Origin: a virus
Strand: one strand, 5' to 3'
DNA length: 64,000 nucleotides
IMG/VR virus record: IMGVR_UViG_3300042564_006854
Span: 4,579-68,578 of that record
The translations under genes and the position numbers were made by a program. Below, in pieces: positions 20,204-28,952 of the stretch (the first letter of the stretch is position 1; each line of letters opens with the position of its first letter). The notes below the pieces were generated by a model. That model saw only the letters and a list, made by a program, of their open reading frames with translations. It was not told the origin of the DNA and searched no databases.

Positions 20204-20452
20204 TTATTCATCATCACCTTCTGTATGATATTTATCTATCTTTTTATCAGATACTTTTATTTTTCCGTTTTTAGGATTTTCGTAAACATATACCCATTTT
20301 TTACCACTAAATAATCCATATGTTTCACCCATTCCCTTAAAAATAAAAGTATCTTTGTTCCTAAATTTATCAAAAATACTCTCACTAACATCAGATATAT
20401 TCAAGTTTTCTTGATGTTCGTTGAAACTTTGTATGTGTTTATTATCTTTCAT
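20204..20452 (-). CDS. hypothetical protein (NLNIS-VSES paralog family)
   Basis: 82-aa ORF; HIQSFNEHQENLNISDVSES. Confidence 0.4.
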   Translation of the reverse strand: MKDNKHIQSFNEHQENLNISDVSESIFDKFRNKDTFIFKGMGETYGLFSGKKWVYVYENPKNGKIKVSDKKIDKYHTEGDDE

Positions 20453-20533
20453 CTTCGTTTATTATTTTTAGTGTATATATTAAAAAGAAAAACCTAAATA
20501 TATCTGAATATCGTTATCGGCAACCCTAAGCGA

Positions 20534-20752
20534 CTACCCTAATTTTGACGGTGGAGTAGTTGTTATCTTCATATACTTTCTAAGTATGTATTGCAACTTA
20601 CTCATTGACGTTGATAGCCCTTCTATTTTTGGTGGTGCAACATCTCTCATATCAGTTCCGTCTTCAATTACACTTTCTGCTTCTGCACAATCCCAGCAAG
20701 CACCTAATCTTAAATCTTGCGTTCTACCGCAGCAAATACATTGTCCTGTCAT
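20534..20752 (-). CDS. zinc-ribbon protein
   Basis: 72-aa ORF with CICCGRT...CWDCAEA (C-x-x-C ... C-x-x-C). Confidence 0.4.
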   Translation of the reverse strand: MTGQCICCGRTQDLRLGACWDCAEAESVIEDGTDMRDVAPPKIEGLSTSMSKLQYILRKYMKITTTPPSKLG

Positions 20753-20802
20753 TTTGTTTTTATTTTAAATTGTTAATATTAATTCCGAAAGAAGGGCAGC
20801 CG

Positions 20803-20853
20803 ATAACAGCACATTGGCGGCATTAAAACGACCGCCAATGTGCATCACGTTAT
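20803..20853. repeat. ATAAC-hairpin(CATTAAAACGA loop)-GTTAT element R6
   Basis: ATAAC, agc, perfect 10-bp stem ACATTGGCGG, loop CATTAAAACGA, stem CCGCCAATGT, gcatcac, GTTAT. Confidence 0.65.
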
Positions 20854-20870
20854 ATTCAATATCAAAAATT

Positions 20871-21137
20871 TTATGAGTTTATTATTTTTTGACCTCCCCA
20901 ATCTGTTCCATCATAAGAAATGGTTTCCATTTTATACACATCAACAAAAACACCCCAACCCCATTCAGTTTGATAAAATACTTCATCATCTTTTAACTTA
21001 TCAGTTCTCCATAAACTTTCGTTTGATGTTTTTGTTTTTCCGTAGTATTTTATTTCTCGTTTGTCGGTCAAAGAAAATTCAATCATCTCTCCATAACCAT
21101 TCAGTTTAATCTTTTCTGGTAAATTCATATTTTTCAT
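20871..21137 (-). CDS. hypothetical protein
   Basis: 88-aa ORF with ordinary composition; preferred over the overlapping plus-strand ORF. Confidence 0.4.
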   Translation of the reverse strand: MKNMNLPEKIKLNGYGEMIEFSLTDKREIKYYGKTKTSNESLWRTDKLKDDEVFYQTEWGWGVFVDVYKMETISYDGTDWGGQKIINS

Positions 21138-21162
21138 TTGTATAAAATTTTTGATACTAAAT

Positions 21163-21212
21163 ATAACAAAGAATATGTGTCATTAAAACGAACACATATT
21201 CTCAACCGTTAT
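21163..21212. repeat. ATAAC-hairpin(CATTAAAACGA loop)-GTTAT element R7
   Basis: ATAAC, aaa, stem GAATATGTGT, loop CATTAAAACGA, stem ACACATATTC, tcaacc, GTTAT; a partial second copy (GCACATTAAAACGATTTTATAAC) follows at 21215-21237. Confidence 0.65.
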
Positions 21213-21240
21213 AGCACATTAAAACGATTTTATAACAAAA

Positions 21241-21340
21241 GATATAAGTAATGTGGCTGTTTGCTTACACAATATCTATGGCTTACATTTTGGATTGCTT
21301 ACGCTTTACTGCGGCTGTCCTTCACCACACTACTTATATC
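21241..21340. repeat. 100-bp element bounded by 16-bp inverted repeats
   Basis: GATATAAGTAATGTGG (21241-21256) and CCACACTACTTATATC (21325-21340) match in 15 of 16 positions as an inverted repeat; the interior holds three GCTTAC(A/G) direct repeats and two GGCTGT copies. Confidence 0.45.
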
Positions 21341-21363
21341 TTCAATCATTAGCAGAAATAAAA

Positions 21364-21510
21364 ATTACTTACGTTCCTGAACTTCGATAGTAATTTCGTT
21401 TCCTTCAACTTCTATTTGTTTTTTAATCGCTTCGTTTAATATTCTTTCAAGTTCTTCTTTGGTGTAGTTAATCCAATGTGATACTACTTCTACTTTATAA
21501 ATTGTTGCCA
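21364..21510 (-). CDS. small hypothetical protein (48 aa; not in the ORF track)
   Basis: Reverse-complement reading gives MATIYKVEVVSHWINYTKEELERILNEAIKKQIEVEGNEITIEVQERK; it fills the gap between elements. Confidence 0.3.
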
Positions 21511-21581
21511 TAATCCGTAATTTTTACTATCTGCTAACAGCGTATATACAAGATACGCCTACAAGCATTTGTTTATAATTT

Positions 21582-21624
21582 ATAATTCCGTTAAGGCGTA
21601 CCTCGTATATACGCAAAACGTTAT
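21582..21624. repeat. ATAAT-hairpin-AAAACGTTAT element R8
   Basis: ATAAT, stem GCGTA, loop, stem TACGC, then AAAACGTTAT. Confidence 0.5.
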
Positions 21625-21632
21625 AAGCAAAT

Positions 21633-21923
21633 TTAAAAACCACCCCAGCGGTCTGCTTGTTGCCATTGAATCATTACGTTTATCATTCTGATTAGTATAG
21701 CTTCCGTCATTTTGTGGTACTTTGTCCATCTTAAAAAGAATGGGCGATTTTTGTGTATTACAAGTTCGTTTACCAAATCTCCCAACCCGAACTCAAAGTA
21801 TTCTCTCATTAATTTTGCCATTGGCTCATAGCTGTGGCAGTCGGTGAATGCCCCACTGTATAATTCCAATGATGGGAAACCTCCCTTGTGGTCTTTTTTG
21901 ATGTATTTGTTTAATGGATTCAT
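21633..21923 (-). CDS. hypothetical protein
   Basis: 96-aa ORF. Confidence 0.4.
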   Translation of the reverse strand: MNPLNKYIKKDHKGGFPSLELYSGAFTDCHSYEPMAKLMREYFEFGLGDLVNELVIHKNRPFFLRWTKYHKMTEAILIRMINVMIQWQQADRWGGF

Positions 21924-21957
21924 GTATTTTGTTTTTTTATAGTTTTTAAATCAGCTT

Positions 21958-22007
21958 ATAACACAGTATTTACGCCATTAAAACGAGCGCAAATACCCGT
22001 CCGTTAT
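21958..22007. repeat. ATAAC-hairpin(CATTAAAACGA loop)-GTTAT element R9
   Basis: ATAAC, stem GTATTTaCGC, loop CATTAAAACGA, stem GCGcAAATAC, ccgtcc, GTTAT. Confidence 0.6.
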
Positions 22008-22010
22008 TTT

Positions 22011-22397
22011 TTAGTGTAGTAAAGTATTGCAGTCTTCTTTCCAGTCAAAATGGCCAACATTTATTGGTCGGCATGTGTCACTACTTACTAAAATAAACAT
22101 TAATTCATCAGAGTCATCATCTAGGTGAAACGTAAAACCTTTACCTTTAAGAAAATGTATTTTATACTGGTGATCAGTAAAAACAATTTGATCTCGAGGT
22201 ATTCCGCAAGATTCAGCTATTTCAAACAGGATAATATTTTGATCTTTACTCCAGTGCCAACCTCTTGCAATTATGTCTTCAGTAGTTGTTCGAGTAGTTA
22301 CAATCCATACTTCATGACCAGAGTCAACTAGACTCTTTGCATATTCTTGAACATCAGCACGTCGAAGAGTACCATCAAAATCAAATGAAACTTTCAT
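22011..22397 (-). CDS. HAD-superfamily small hydrolase
   Basis: N-terminal FDFDGTL (HAD motif I DxDGT); 128 aa; paralogous to ORFs 24486 and 32756. Confidence 0.5.
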   Translation of the reverse strand: MKVSFDFDGTLRRADVQEYAKSLVDSGHEVWIVTTRTTTEDIIARGWHWSKDQNIILFEIAESCGIPRDQIVFTDHQYKIHFLKGKGFTFHLDDDSDELMFILVSSDTCRPINVGHFDWKEDCNTLLH

Positions 22398-22786
22398 CGA
22401 CCGATCACTGCAAACTTATGTTCAGAATCTGCAACAATCATATCAATCCATTCCATAGCAGCTTCATCAGTATCAAAATAATGACCGATTTCACTTTTAT
22501 CTATTAGGTGGACAATAACATGAGGTTTAACAAAGATCTCATGTCTTTCTTTATCATATAATAGATTGTATTGCAAAAGATAGTCAGTTGTCATTCTATC
22601 ATTGTATCCACAATCATCAGCATCATATCGAGTACTCCAGCCTGCTGGTTTTGCACTAACTGACGTGAGCAATCCAAAAAATATTTTTTTAGCAGGAACT
22701 GCTTCTTTCCAAATATAATCAGCTTTATGCTTTTTTACAAAAGTAATTTTAGTAATCGCATTTAATCTAAAGTGAGTTTCTGTCAT
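22394..22786 (-). CDS. hypothetical protein
   Basis: 130-aa ORF. Confidence 0.4.
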   Translation of the reverse strand: MTETHFRLNAITKITFVKKHKADYIWKEAVPAKKIFFGLLTSVSAKPAGWSTRYDADDCGYNDRMTTDYLLQYNLLYDKERHEIFVKPHVIVHLIDKSEIGHYFDTDEAAMEWIDMIVADSEHKFAVIGR

Positions 22787-22787
22787 T

Positions 22788-23156
22788 TTATTTTCTAGTT
22801 AAAGTTTCTTCTGAATAATAATCTTTTTCTGATTCTCCAAGAAGGCAAGTGCCATCTGGTTTTACGGAGAGAACAAATCGATTTACTCGAGGAGCGTCGT
22901 CATATTCAAATCGAGCATCCATTTCTCTCAATACAAGTATCTCTACTCCAGTCTGATTAGATAACTCTTTAATTTTATCTAAACTTAAGGTTAAGTCCAA
23001 GTCACCATACCAGATTTTTTCAGGCTTATCTACAATTGCAATAACGTTTGCATTAAAAACAACCAAGTTGTCTGGTTTATTTTTCATATATCCTGACTTG
23101 GAGCCAGAGATCATTTTCCCATTCCAGCCAAGGATTTGAGCAGCTAATTCATTCAT
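22788..23156 (-). CDS. hypothetical protein
   Basis: 122-aa ORF. Confidence 0.4.
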   Translation of the reverse strand: MNELAAQILGWNGKMISGSKSGYMKNKPDNLVVFNANVIAIVDKPEKIWYGDLDLTLSLDKIKELSNQTGVEILVLREMDARFEYDDAPRVNRFVLSVKPDGTCLLGESEKDYYSEETLTRK

Positions 23157-23321
23157 AATAATACAATATTTAATAATATAATACTAACTATTTCAAAACT
23201 GTTTCATTTCCATGAGTTAAATATAATTAGAGCCTGACACTCTAGTCGGCATCGAGTCTAATAGCTCTTGAGTGGTTTATTGCCACAATGATGTCGGCAT
23301 ATAAAAATAACAGGTAAACTA

Positions 23322-24080
23322 ATGTACAATCAAATCTTTACGGGCTCATTGAGTCCAACTGCAGCAATTGCAGTAAACAGAAATCGTCTAAAGTCATATG
23401 GCGAAAATGTCTATTTAAAAGACAAAACTCTTTTTGAGATTGAGCTTTTTAATCCAAAAACAACAAAGGTCCTTGCTAAAATCTATCTTGATGGAATAGC
23501 TATTTCTAGTGCTGGTGTTGTAATTAACCCAGGACAGAGAGTATTTCTTGAAAGATGGCTTGACGAACCTAGAAAATTTATATTTCAAACGTATGAAATA
23601 GATGGTTCGCCAGAGGCAAAGTCAGCAATCTCTGAAAATGGAAAAGTTAGAGTAGAATTCTATGATCAGGTGGTTACTCCTCAATTAAGTATTACTCCTA
23701 CTACATGGACATATTCTGCATTAACTGATCCAATCTATGGAGGAACTACTCAAAATAATATGACGTATTTTAGCAATACTGATGTTATTGGTCAGAATAG
23801 TGCAATAAGATCGGCTTCTTTTAAATCATCTACGCCAGAGGTAACATTAGATAGTTTTGAAACAGGTCGATCTGAAAAAGGAGAGGATTCGGGCCAAAAA
23901 TTTACAATGGACTCTTCAACATATAATGGTTGGACTTGTAATACTGTCCATATGCAGATCTTACCAGAATCTCAAAAACCAGTTGAAGTATCTGAAATCA
24001 GAAATTATTGCACTAATTGTGGAACTCGCCACAAAAAATCGAGTTGGAAGTTCTGCCCAACCTGCGGAACAAAAATCTAA
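23322..24080 (+). CDS. hypothetical protein with C-terminal zinc ribbon
   Basis: 252-aa ORF ending CTNCGTRH...CPTCGTKI; flanked by 10-bp inverted repeats AGAGCCTGAC / GTCAGGCTCT. Confidence 0.5.
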   Translation: MYNQIFTGSLSPTAAIAVNRNRLKSYGENVYLKDKTLFEIELFNPKTTKVLAKIYLDGIAISSAGVVINPGQRVFLERWLDEPRKFIFQTYEIDGSPEAKSAISENGKVRVEFYDQVVTPQLSITPTTWTYSALTDPIYGGTTQNNMTYFSNTDVIGQNSAIRSASFKSSTPEVTLDSFETGRSEKGEDSGQKFTMDSSTYNGWTCNTVHMQILPESQKPVEVSEIRNYCTNCGTRHKKSSWKFCPTCGTKI

Positions 24081-24104
24081 ATTTTAAAGTCAGGCTCTAA
24101 AAAA

Positions 24105-24134
24105 GGATCTCGAAAGGGATCCTTTTTTATTTTT
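24105..24134 (+). terminator. rho-independent terminator
   Basis: GGATC-TCGAAAG-GGATCC hairpin followed by TTTTTTATTTTT. Confidence 0.55.
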
Positions 24135-24150
24135 AGAGATAAATAAATCT

Positions 24151-24489
24151 ATGAAGAGATATATTAAATTATACGAAAGCTGGATTCACACTGAAAAATA
24201 TGAACTTGCCTCTAAGTTTAGACGTAAAGTTGATTCAAAGATAAAGATAACTGTTAGTCACGGTAAAATTGAAGAGATAGAAAATGAAGCAAACTATCCT
24301 TTTCCATTTTTTAAAGGTCAACCCTTTCAAAAAGCTTTTGTTAGAGGCTGGGCATGTAAAAATGGATTTTACTTAAATGGAGAAGAGCCGTGTCATGTTC
24401 CTGAAAAGAAAATCTTTGGTGTAAAGACGAAGGACGTTCCTCATGGTCATGAATGGAGAAGTATTTTTCCAGGAAAATTTAGAGATTAG
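24151..24489 (+). CDS. hypothetical protein
   Basis: 112-aa ORF; ends in TAG. Confidence 0.4.
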   Translation: MKRYIKLYESWIHTEKYELASKFRRKVDSKIKITVSHGKIEEIENEANYPFPFFKGQPFQKAFVRGWACKNGFYLNGEEPCHVPEKKIFGVKTKDVPHGHEWRSIFPGKFRD

Positions 24490-24872
24490 AGAATTCCCAT
24501 CTCTTCCAGTAAGACTCTGCATTTAGCCCAATCTACAAAAGGACGACCTGATAAATTAGGATCAACCTTTAACGGAATGCCTAAACAAATATCGTCTATA
24601 ATTAATTGACCATATGCTTTCGGTGAACTTGTCCAAGCCTTTTGTGTAGGATTCTCCTGAATTCCATAAAGAGGAATATCATTTTTCTCAAACCATTGAA
24701 TTGCATCTTTTAAATATGCTCCTTGCACACCATTACAGCGCATAGTAAATAGGATCAGTCTATTTCCAGCAAGTACAAGATCTTTTAATACTTCAGGTGC
24801 ACCAATTTCGTGTCCAACATTTGGAAATTCGTGTGTTGTACACGTTCCATCAAAATCTACTAATATATCCAT
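24486..24872 (-). CDS. HAD-superfamily small hydrolase
   Basis: ILVDFDGTCT (DxDGT motif I); 128 aa. Confidence 0.5.
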   Translation of the reverse strand: MDILVDFDGTCTTHEFPNVGHEIGAPEVLKDLVLAGNRLILFTMRCNGVQGAYLKDAIQWFEKNDIPLYGIQENPTQKAWTSSPKAYGQLIIDDICLGIPLKVDPNLSGRPFVDWAKCRVLLEEMGIL

Positions 24873-24893
24873 TTTCCTTAGGTTATTTTACAA

Positions 24894-24922
24894 TAAAAAG
24901 GTCTCGATGGAATACCGAGACC
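24894..24922 (-). terminator. rho-independent terminator (minus strand)
   Basis: Minus-strand GGTCTCG-GTATTCCAT-CGAGACC hairpin followed by TTTTTATTG; it closes a roughly 340-nt ORF-free minus-strand region. Confidence 0.5.
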
Positions 24923-25268
24923 TTAATAACTATGCGATCCATTTCCAAGTGGAGTACTCTACCTAATCTTGACATTGCATCGTTAGATGATTCTAGTCTC
25001 AAGGAATCAAGTACCTTACCGTTGACTCAATACTATGCATCGTATCGAATACTCTTGGCTGTAAACAGTTTTAGATAAAGGTTCGGCCTTTTATGTCAGT
25101 CGCACGACTCGTTATTACCCCAAAACCCCAATTCCGTTCCCCCTAACTATCTTGAATCTATATCAAAATTATAGACTCTCAAGGATTGGTAGCATTTATT
25201 GTTTTAACTGTGTCAACATTCAGTCGATAGTCAAAATTATTATACTTCTTTTTTTTAAAAGGTTTAAA

Positions 25269-26483
25269 TTAGTTGATTAGATTCCACTGTGAAAAACTTA
25301 AAACGTGTGCAGTATTTTCATTTACTTCACGATAGTCTTTAAATATTTTCGTAGCTTCCTCTCCAGATATTACAAAGGAATTGTCCCATCCTTTTGTTTT
25401 TACATATGGAAATTCACTTGATGTAGAGTCAGTAGAGATATCAGTAATATTTCCAGTATTAACCAGCCAATTACCATTTCCCATCTGTTTAGCTAAGGTA
25501 ACATTATCTCCTTTTTTAATAACTCTGTCGATTTGAAGAGGAGTATTAAATATTGGCTCCTTTAACCAGTGTAACCATTTTCGACCAACTTTAATTTCAA
25601 TTGCATTTCCATTAAGTACAGAAATCTGTTTTGACTGTATAATAGGTAGTGCTCCCCAAGTATTAAATTTTTCATTTTTTTCAAGTACCCATACTTTATT
25701 TGGAGTAATATTCATCTGTTTAGGAATTGACTCAAGACTAAATGTTGATTCTCGATCTGGATCAGGTATTGCATAGAGTGTCTCCTGTCTCTTAACCAAA
25801 TTTTCATCAAAAAATTTAGAGAGTTGATCCTTAATAGGCTCACCAGAACCAAGATCAAGATTAATTGTAGAAATTCCACCAGGAGTAAGCTCAATTTGAT
25901 GACGCCTAATTAAATCTTCTTTATCATTAACCCTTATTGAGAATACTCTAGATATTCTCTCAAGTTCAGCCTTTCTACTTGATAACAGATGTTCAATTGA
26001 TTTATTAATTAGGAAAGATTTATCAGATTTCGATCGACCGTCAGTATTATACAATTTAATTGTAGTAACTTGTGAACCTATTGAAAAAATCCAAAAATAT
26101 TTACCTGTTCTAAAAATAGGTTTTCTAGTGTCGGTATCTGTTCGCTCATAAACTCTAAATACAGGCTGAGCTTTTTCTCCAGAACTCAAGGTAACTTCGC
26201 ATTTGCCTAATCGAATAAGTCCAATATTACTTGGATCAATTGTTGTATCTCTAAATACTTTACTCTTATCTGGTGTTGCAATTGCGGATAATACTTCCCT
26301 AAAAAAGGTTTGAGCTTGCATAATATCCTGATTTGATGCGTCAATTTTATCACCAGCAAGGTTAGTAAAACCAATTATTTCTAGGTTAGAGAGTCGAGTT
26401 TCTACTCTTTCTAGAAAATGAGCTCCGTCTACTCGATTTAATGTAATTGCCTCATTTATGAAAGTTTGAAAATCCTTTAGCAA
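25269..26483 (-). CDS. hypothetical protein (404 aa)
   Basis: Long ORF; no motif recognised. Confidence 0.55.
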   Translation of the reverse strand: MLKDFQTFINEAITLNRVDGAHFLERVETRLSNLEIIGFTNLAGDKIDASNQDIMQAQTFFREVLSAIATPDKSKVFRDTTIDPSNIGLIRLGKCEVTLSSGEKAQPVFRVYERTDTDTRKPIFRTGKYFWIFSIGSQVTTIKLYNTDGRSKSDKSFLINKSIEHLLSSRKAELERISRVFSIRVNDKEDLIRRHQIELTPGGISTINLDLGSGEPIKDQLSKFFDENLVKRQETLYAIPDPDRESTFSLESIPKQMNITPNKVWVLEKNEKFNTWGALPIIQSKQISVLNGNAIEIKVGRKWLHWLKEPIFNTPLQIDRVIKKGDNVTLAKQMGNGNWLVNTGNITDISTDSTSSEFPYVKTKGWDNSFVISGEEATKIFKDYREVNENTAHVLSFSQWNLIN

Positions 26484-26536
26484 AATAGCGAATATTTTTT
26501 ATTATTTATCGAATAAATAATAAAAAAGTCAAAGAC

Positions 26537-27907
26537 ATGTCAGACATATTTTGTTCCCCAACCTTTGAATCATTTGCACTATTTGAAGATTCAAACTTAA
26601 GCCAAATCGGCCTTCCTAAAGAGATGATCAGAAAAATTCATACTAAAGAAGAGCACTACACTGATACTTACCCTCAAATGGGACATACATATAGATCAAG
26701 AGCAGCTATACCAATGTCGTATAAATATTTTATCCCATCAGCTGATGTTGAAATTCCAGAACCTATTAAATTAAGAGGTCGTAAATCACAAAGAAGTCCA
26801 TTCCAAGATAAAGAGGTTAGAAGTGAATATACTGATTTTGCATGGTATTTACAATCTATTCCATTTGGATCCCTTAGGACCTTTATCATTAATCCAGAAA
26901 TTGATTTCTTTATGTTCCTATATCATAAACAAGCAAGTAAAGGTGCTACTGGAGAACAATATGCAGTAATGGCATGGGACCCAGAAAGAAAAAAGGTTAT
27001 TGATTACGGATATTCTGAATTAACAACTAGTGGAGTTGACCGTTCACAATTAAGAGCAGTCCACGATACTAAAGGTGGAAATACAAATGGTAAAATCCAA
27101 GAATTTGTTAGAGCAATGACTAGACAAGGTGGAAAAAAATATTCTCCTTCTCTAGAAAAACCGCTCTATGTTTATGCATTACCAGTTACTCCTGAACAGG
27201 AGCCTAGAGTAACACGAGAAACTAGAACAGCAGCTAAAGGAGAAACTCTTGCAGCAGATTTCTTAAAAGTTTTCGCAAGTCGTTTTGCAAAAATAGCAGC
27301 AAAGGCTAAACCTCAAACTCAAGAAAAATTAATTAATCAAATTGATTCTAATTATTCGTCTAGAGTAAATGATCCTGAATTTAATGAAATGGCTCAAGCA
27401 ATTGGTTCAGATCCAGGTAGAACACAAACTTGGTTATTTTCTAAGTTTAGAGACTTTAGAAAAGAACTTTTTGAAGAGGGTAGAGGTAGAGTTCAAGGAG
27501 CACCTAGTGCGTATACTAAAACTTCTGGTTTTGAATTAGAGAAAGAAAATCAGCAAGCCAGTTCAAGAGGAGTATCATATTCTTCAGCATATTCAGTAAG
27601 TAAGAAAAAATTTAGTCCAGACGAAGAGGGTGAAGATCCTGAAACTGGATTTAGAGAAGCTCAACCAGAAAAATACAAGAGAGAATTGCCAATTGCTGGA
27701 AATTATGCATCTATTCCAAGTATTATCGGTACTCATACACTTGACGGAGCAATTGATAAATTCGCAGCATTCCTAGTTACTGGTAAAATTAAAACACCAG
27801 AAATAAGTATTGCTGGACTATTGGGTATCACTATGGACGATACCGATAATGAATTTAAAAGATCATCTGCGGCTAAAGGAAAAACGTCAGGTAACTGGTT
27901 ATTTTAA
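26537..27907 (+). CDS. hypothetical protein (456 aa)
   Basis: Long ORF preceded by AATAAATAATAAAAAAG about 24 nt upstream. Confidence 0.55.
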   Translation: MSDIFCSPTFESFALFEDSNLSQIGLPKEMIRKIHTKEEHYTDTYPQMGHTYRSRAAIPMSYKYFIPSADVEIPEPIKLRGRKSQRSPFQDKEVRSEYTDFAWYLQSIPFGSLRTFIINPEIDFFMFLYHKQASKGATGEQYAVMAWDPERKKVIDYGYSELTTSGVDRSQLRAVHDTKGGNTNGKIQEFVRAMTRQGGKKYSPSLEKPLYVYALPVTPEQEPRVTRETRTAAKGETLAADFLKVFASRFAKIAAKAKPQTQEKLINQIDSNYSSRVNDPEFNEMAQAIGSDPGRTQTWLFSKFRDFRKELFEEGRGRVQGAPSAYTKTSGFELEKENQQASSRGVSYSSAYSVSKKKFSPDEEGEDPETGFREAQPEKYKRELPIAGNYASIPSIIGTHTLDGAIDKFAAFLVTGKIKTPEISIAGLLGITMDDTDNEFKRSSAAKGKTSGNWLF

Positions 27908-27909
27908 TA

Positions 27910-28518
27910 ATGAAACATGTACTCTCAATTATTAATTGGACTCACCTAAATGAAAGTGAAGTTGCAGTTGAACCAGCCGATATTACAGCAGACGAACTTA
28001 AAAAAGCGTCACTTGTAGTTAATGGTCTTATTAAACGTGGATTTACTAAAACTGAGGCAATCAGTTTAGCTGGAAATATGTCAGTTGAGTCAAGATTTAA
28101 GACTGATGCGACTGATGGTAGAGCAGTAGGTTTATGTCAATGGCAAGGTGAACGATTGACTGCATTAAAATCTTTCGCTAAAGCAAAAGGAAAAGCTCAT
28201 ACTGATCTTGAATTACAATTAGATTTTATCAAGTATGAAATGAAAGATTATTACTTGCAATATATTCAAGGAGTCCCTAAGGAATTAGTATACGTTAATT
28301 CTGGAACCGTTTCTGCACCAAAATATATTAAGACTCGAAAAGAATTGACTAATACTCAAGCTATTTCTAGAGATTTTGCAACAAGTCTAGGCAGTGCAAC
28401 TAGTATTAGTTCCTTAACTAAAGAATTATGTAATCGAGTATTTAAACCTCAAGCTTCAGTTTCTCATATTGAAAGAAGAGTTGCTAATGCACTAAAGATA
28501 AGTAAAGAGATTGCTTAA
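27910..28518 (+). CDS. possible lysozyme-like / peptidoglycan-hydrolase-like protein
   Basis: GLCQWQGERL resembles the conserved segment of phage tail-lysozyme-type hydrolases; N-terminus SIINWTHLNE|SE is capsid-targeting-like. The call is weak. Confidence 0.3.
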   Translation: MKHVLSIINWTHLNESEVAVEPADITADELKKASLVVNGLIKRGFTKTEAISLAGNMSVESRFKTDATDGRAVGLCQWQGERLTALKSFAKAKGKAHTDLELQLDFIKYEMKDYYLQYIQGVPKELVYVNSGTVSAPKYIKTRKELTNTQAISRDFATSLGSATSISSLTKELCNRVFKPQASVSHIERRVANALKISKEIA

Positions 28519-28931
28519 TCTTCAATCGAGATTCCTTTCTCTTGGCGATACATTAATTCCATTTTGTAAAACTTACTAGACTGACTTAGTTCAAGCCCAC
28601 GTTCTTCATTGTATGTAATACATGCAAGTAACCAAGCGTCACTCATTTTAGAGATTGGAACCCAAGTAAGAGGTTCAGTGCCGTCTTTACCTCGACCTCC
28701 ACGGTGAACATTTTCACGAATAATTTCAAATGGAGCATCTGAATAGATAGTTAGCTCTTCGTATGGTGCCTCTTCATGCATATTACGTCGTAAGTATTCA
28801 GTTCCACCATCTACCATGTATTGTAGTCCATTCGCATCAGTATATGTCACATAGTCATGACGATGCATTGATTTTAGAATGGTACCGTCTGGTGTTTTGA
28901 TTTGATTTAAGATAATTTGTCTATCTTCCAT
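28515..28931 (-). CDS. hypothetical protein
   Basis: 138-aa ORF. Confidence 0.4.
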   Translation of the reverse strand: MEDRQIILNQIKTPDGTILKSMHRHDYVTYTDANGLQYMVDGGTEYLRRNMHEEAPYEELTIYSDAPFEIIRENVHRGGRGKDGTEPLTWVPISKMSDAWLLACITYNEERGLELSQSSKFYKMELMYRQEKGISIED

Positions 28932-28952
28932 TTTATTTAAGTTTTATATTTA

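Noticed and set aside
21261-21302. GCTTAC triplet as T4 MotA-box middle promoters
   Set aside because: The motif is only loosely similar ((T)TGCTTAC vs TGCTTtA). No motA/asiA-type context is visible and the copies are packed inside a 100-bp inverted-repeat element rather than at -30 of genes.
18600-22010. CRISPR array as the explanation for the repeated hairpin elements
   Set aside because: The repeats are not identical direct repeats at regular spacing. The stems differ between copies and genes sit between them.
24797-25078. 93-aa plus-strand ORF inside the 24.9-25.3 kb intergenic region
   Set aside because: No start context and odd composition; it lies in a region better explained as non-coding structured RNA.
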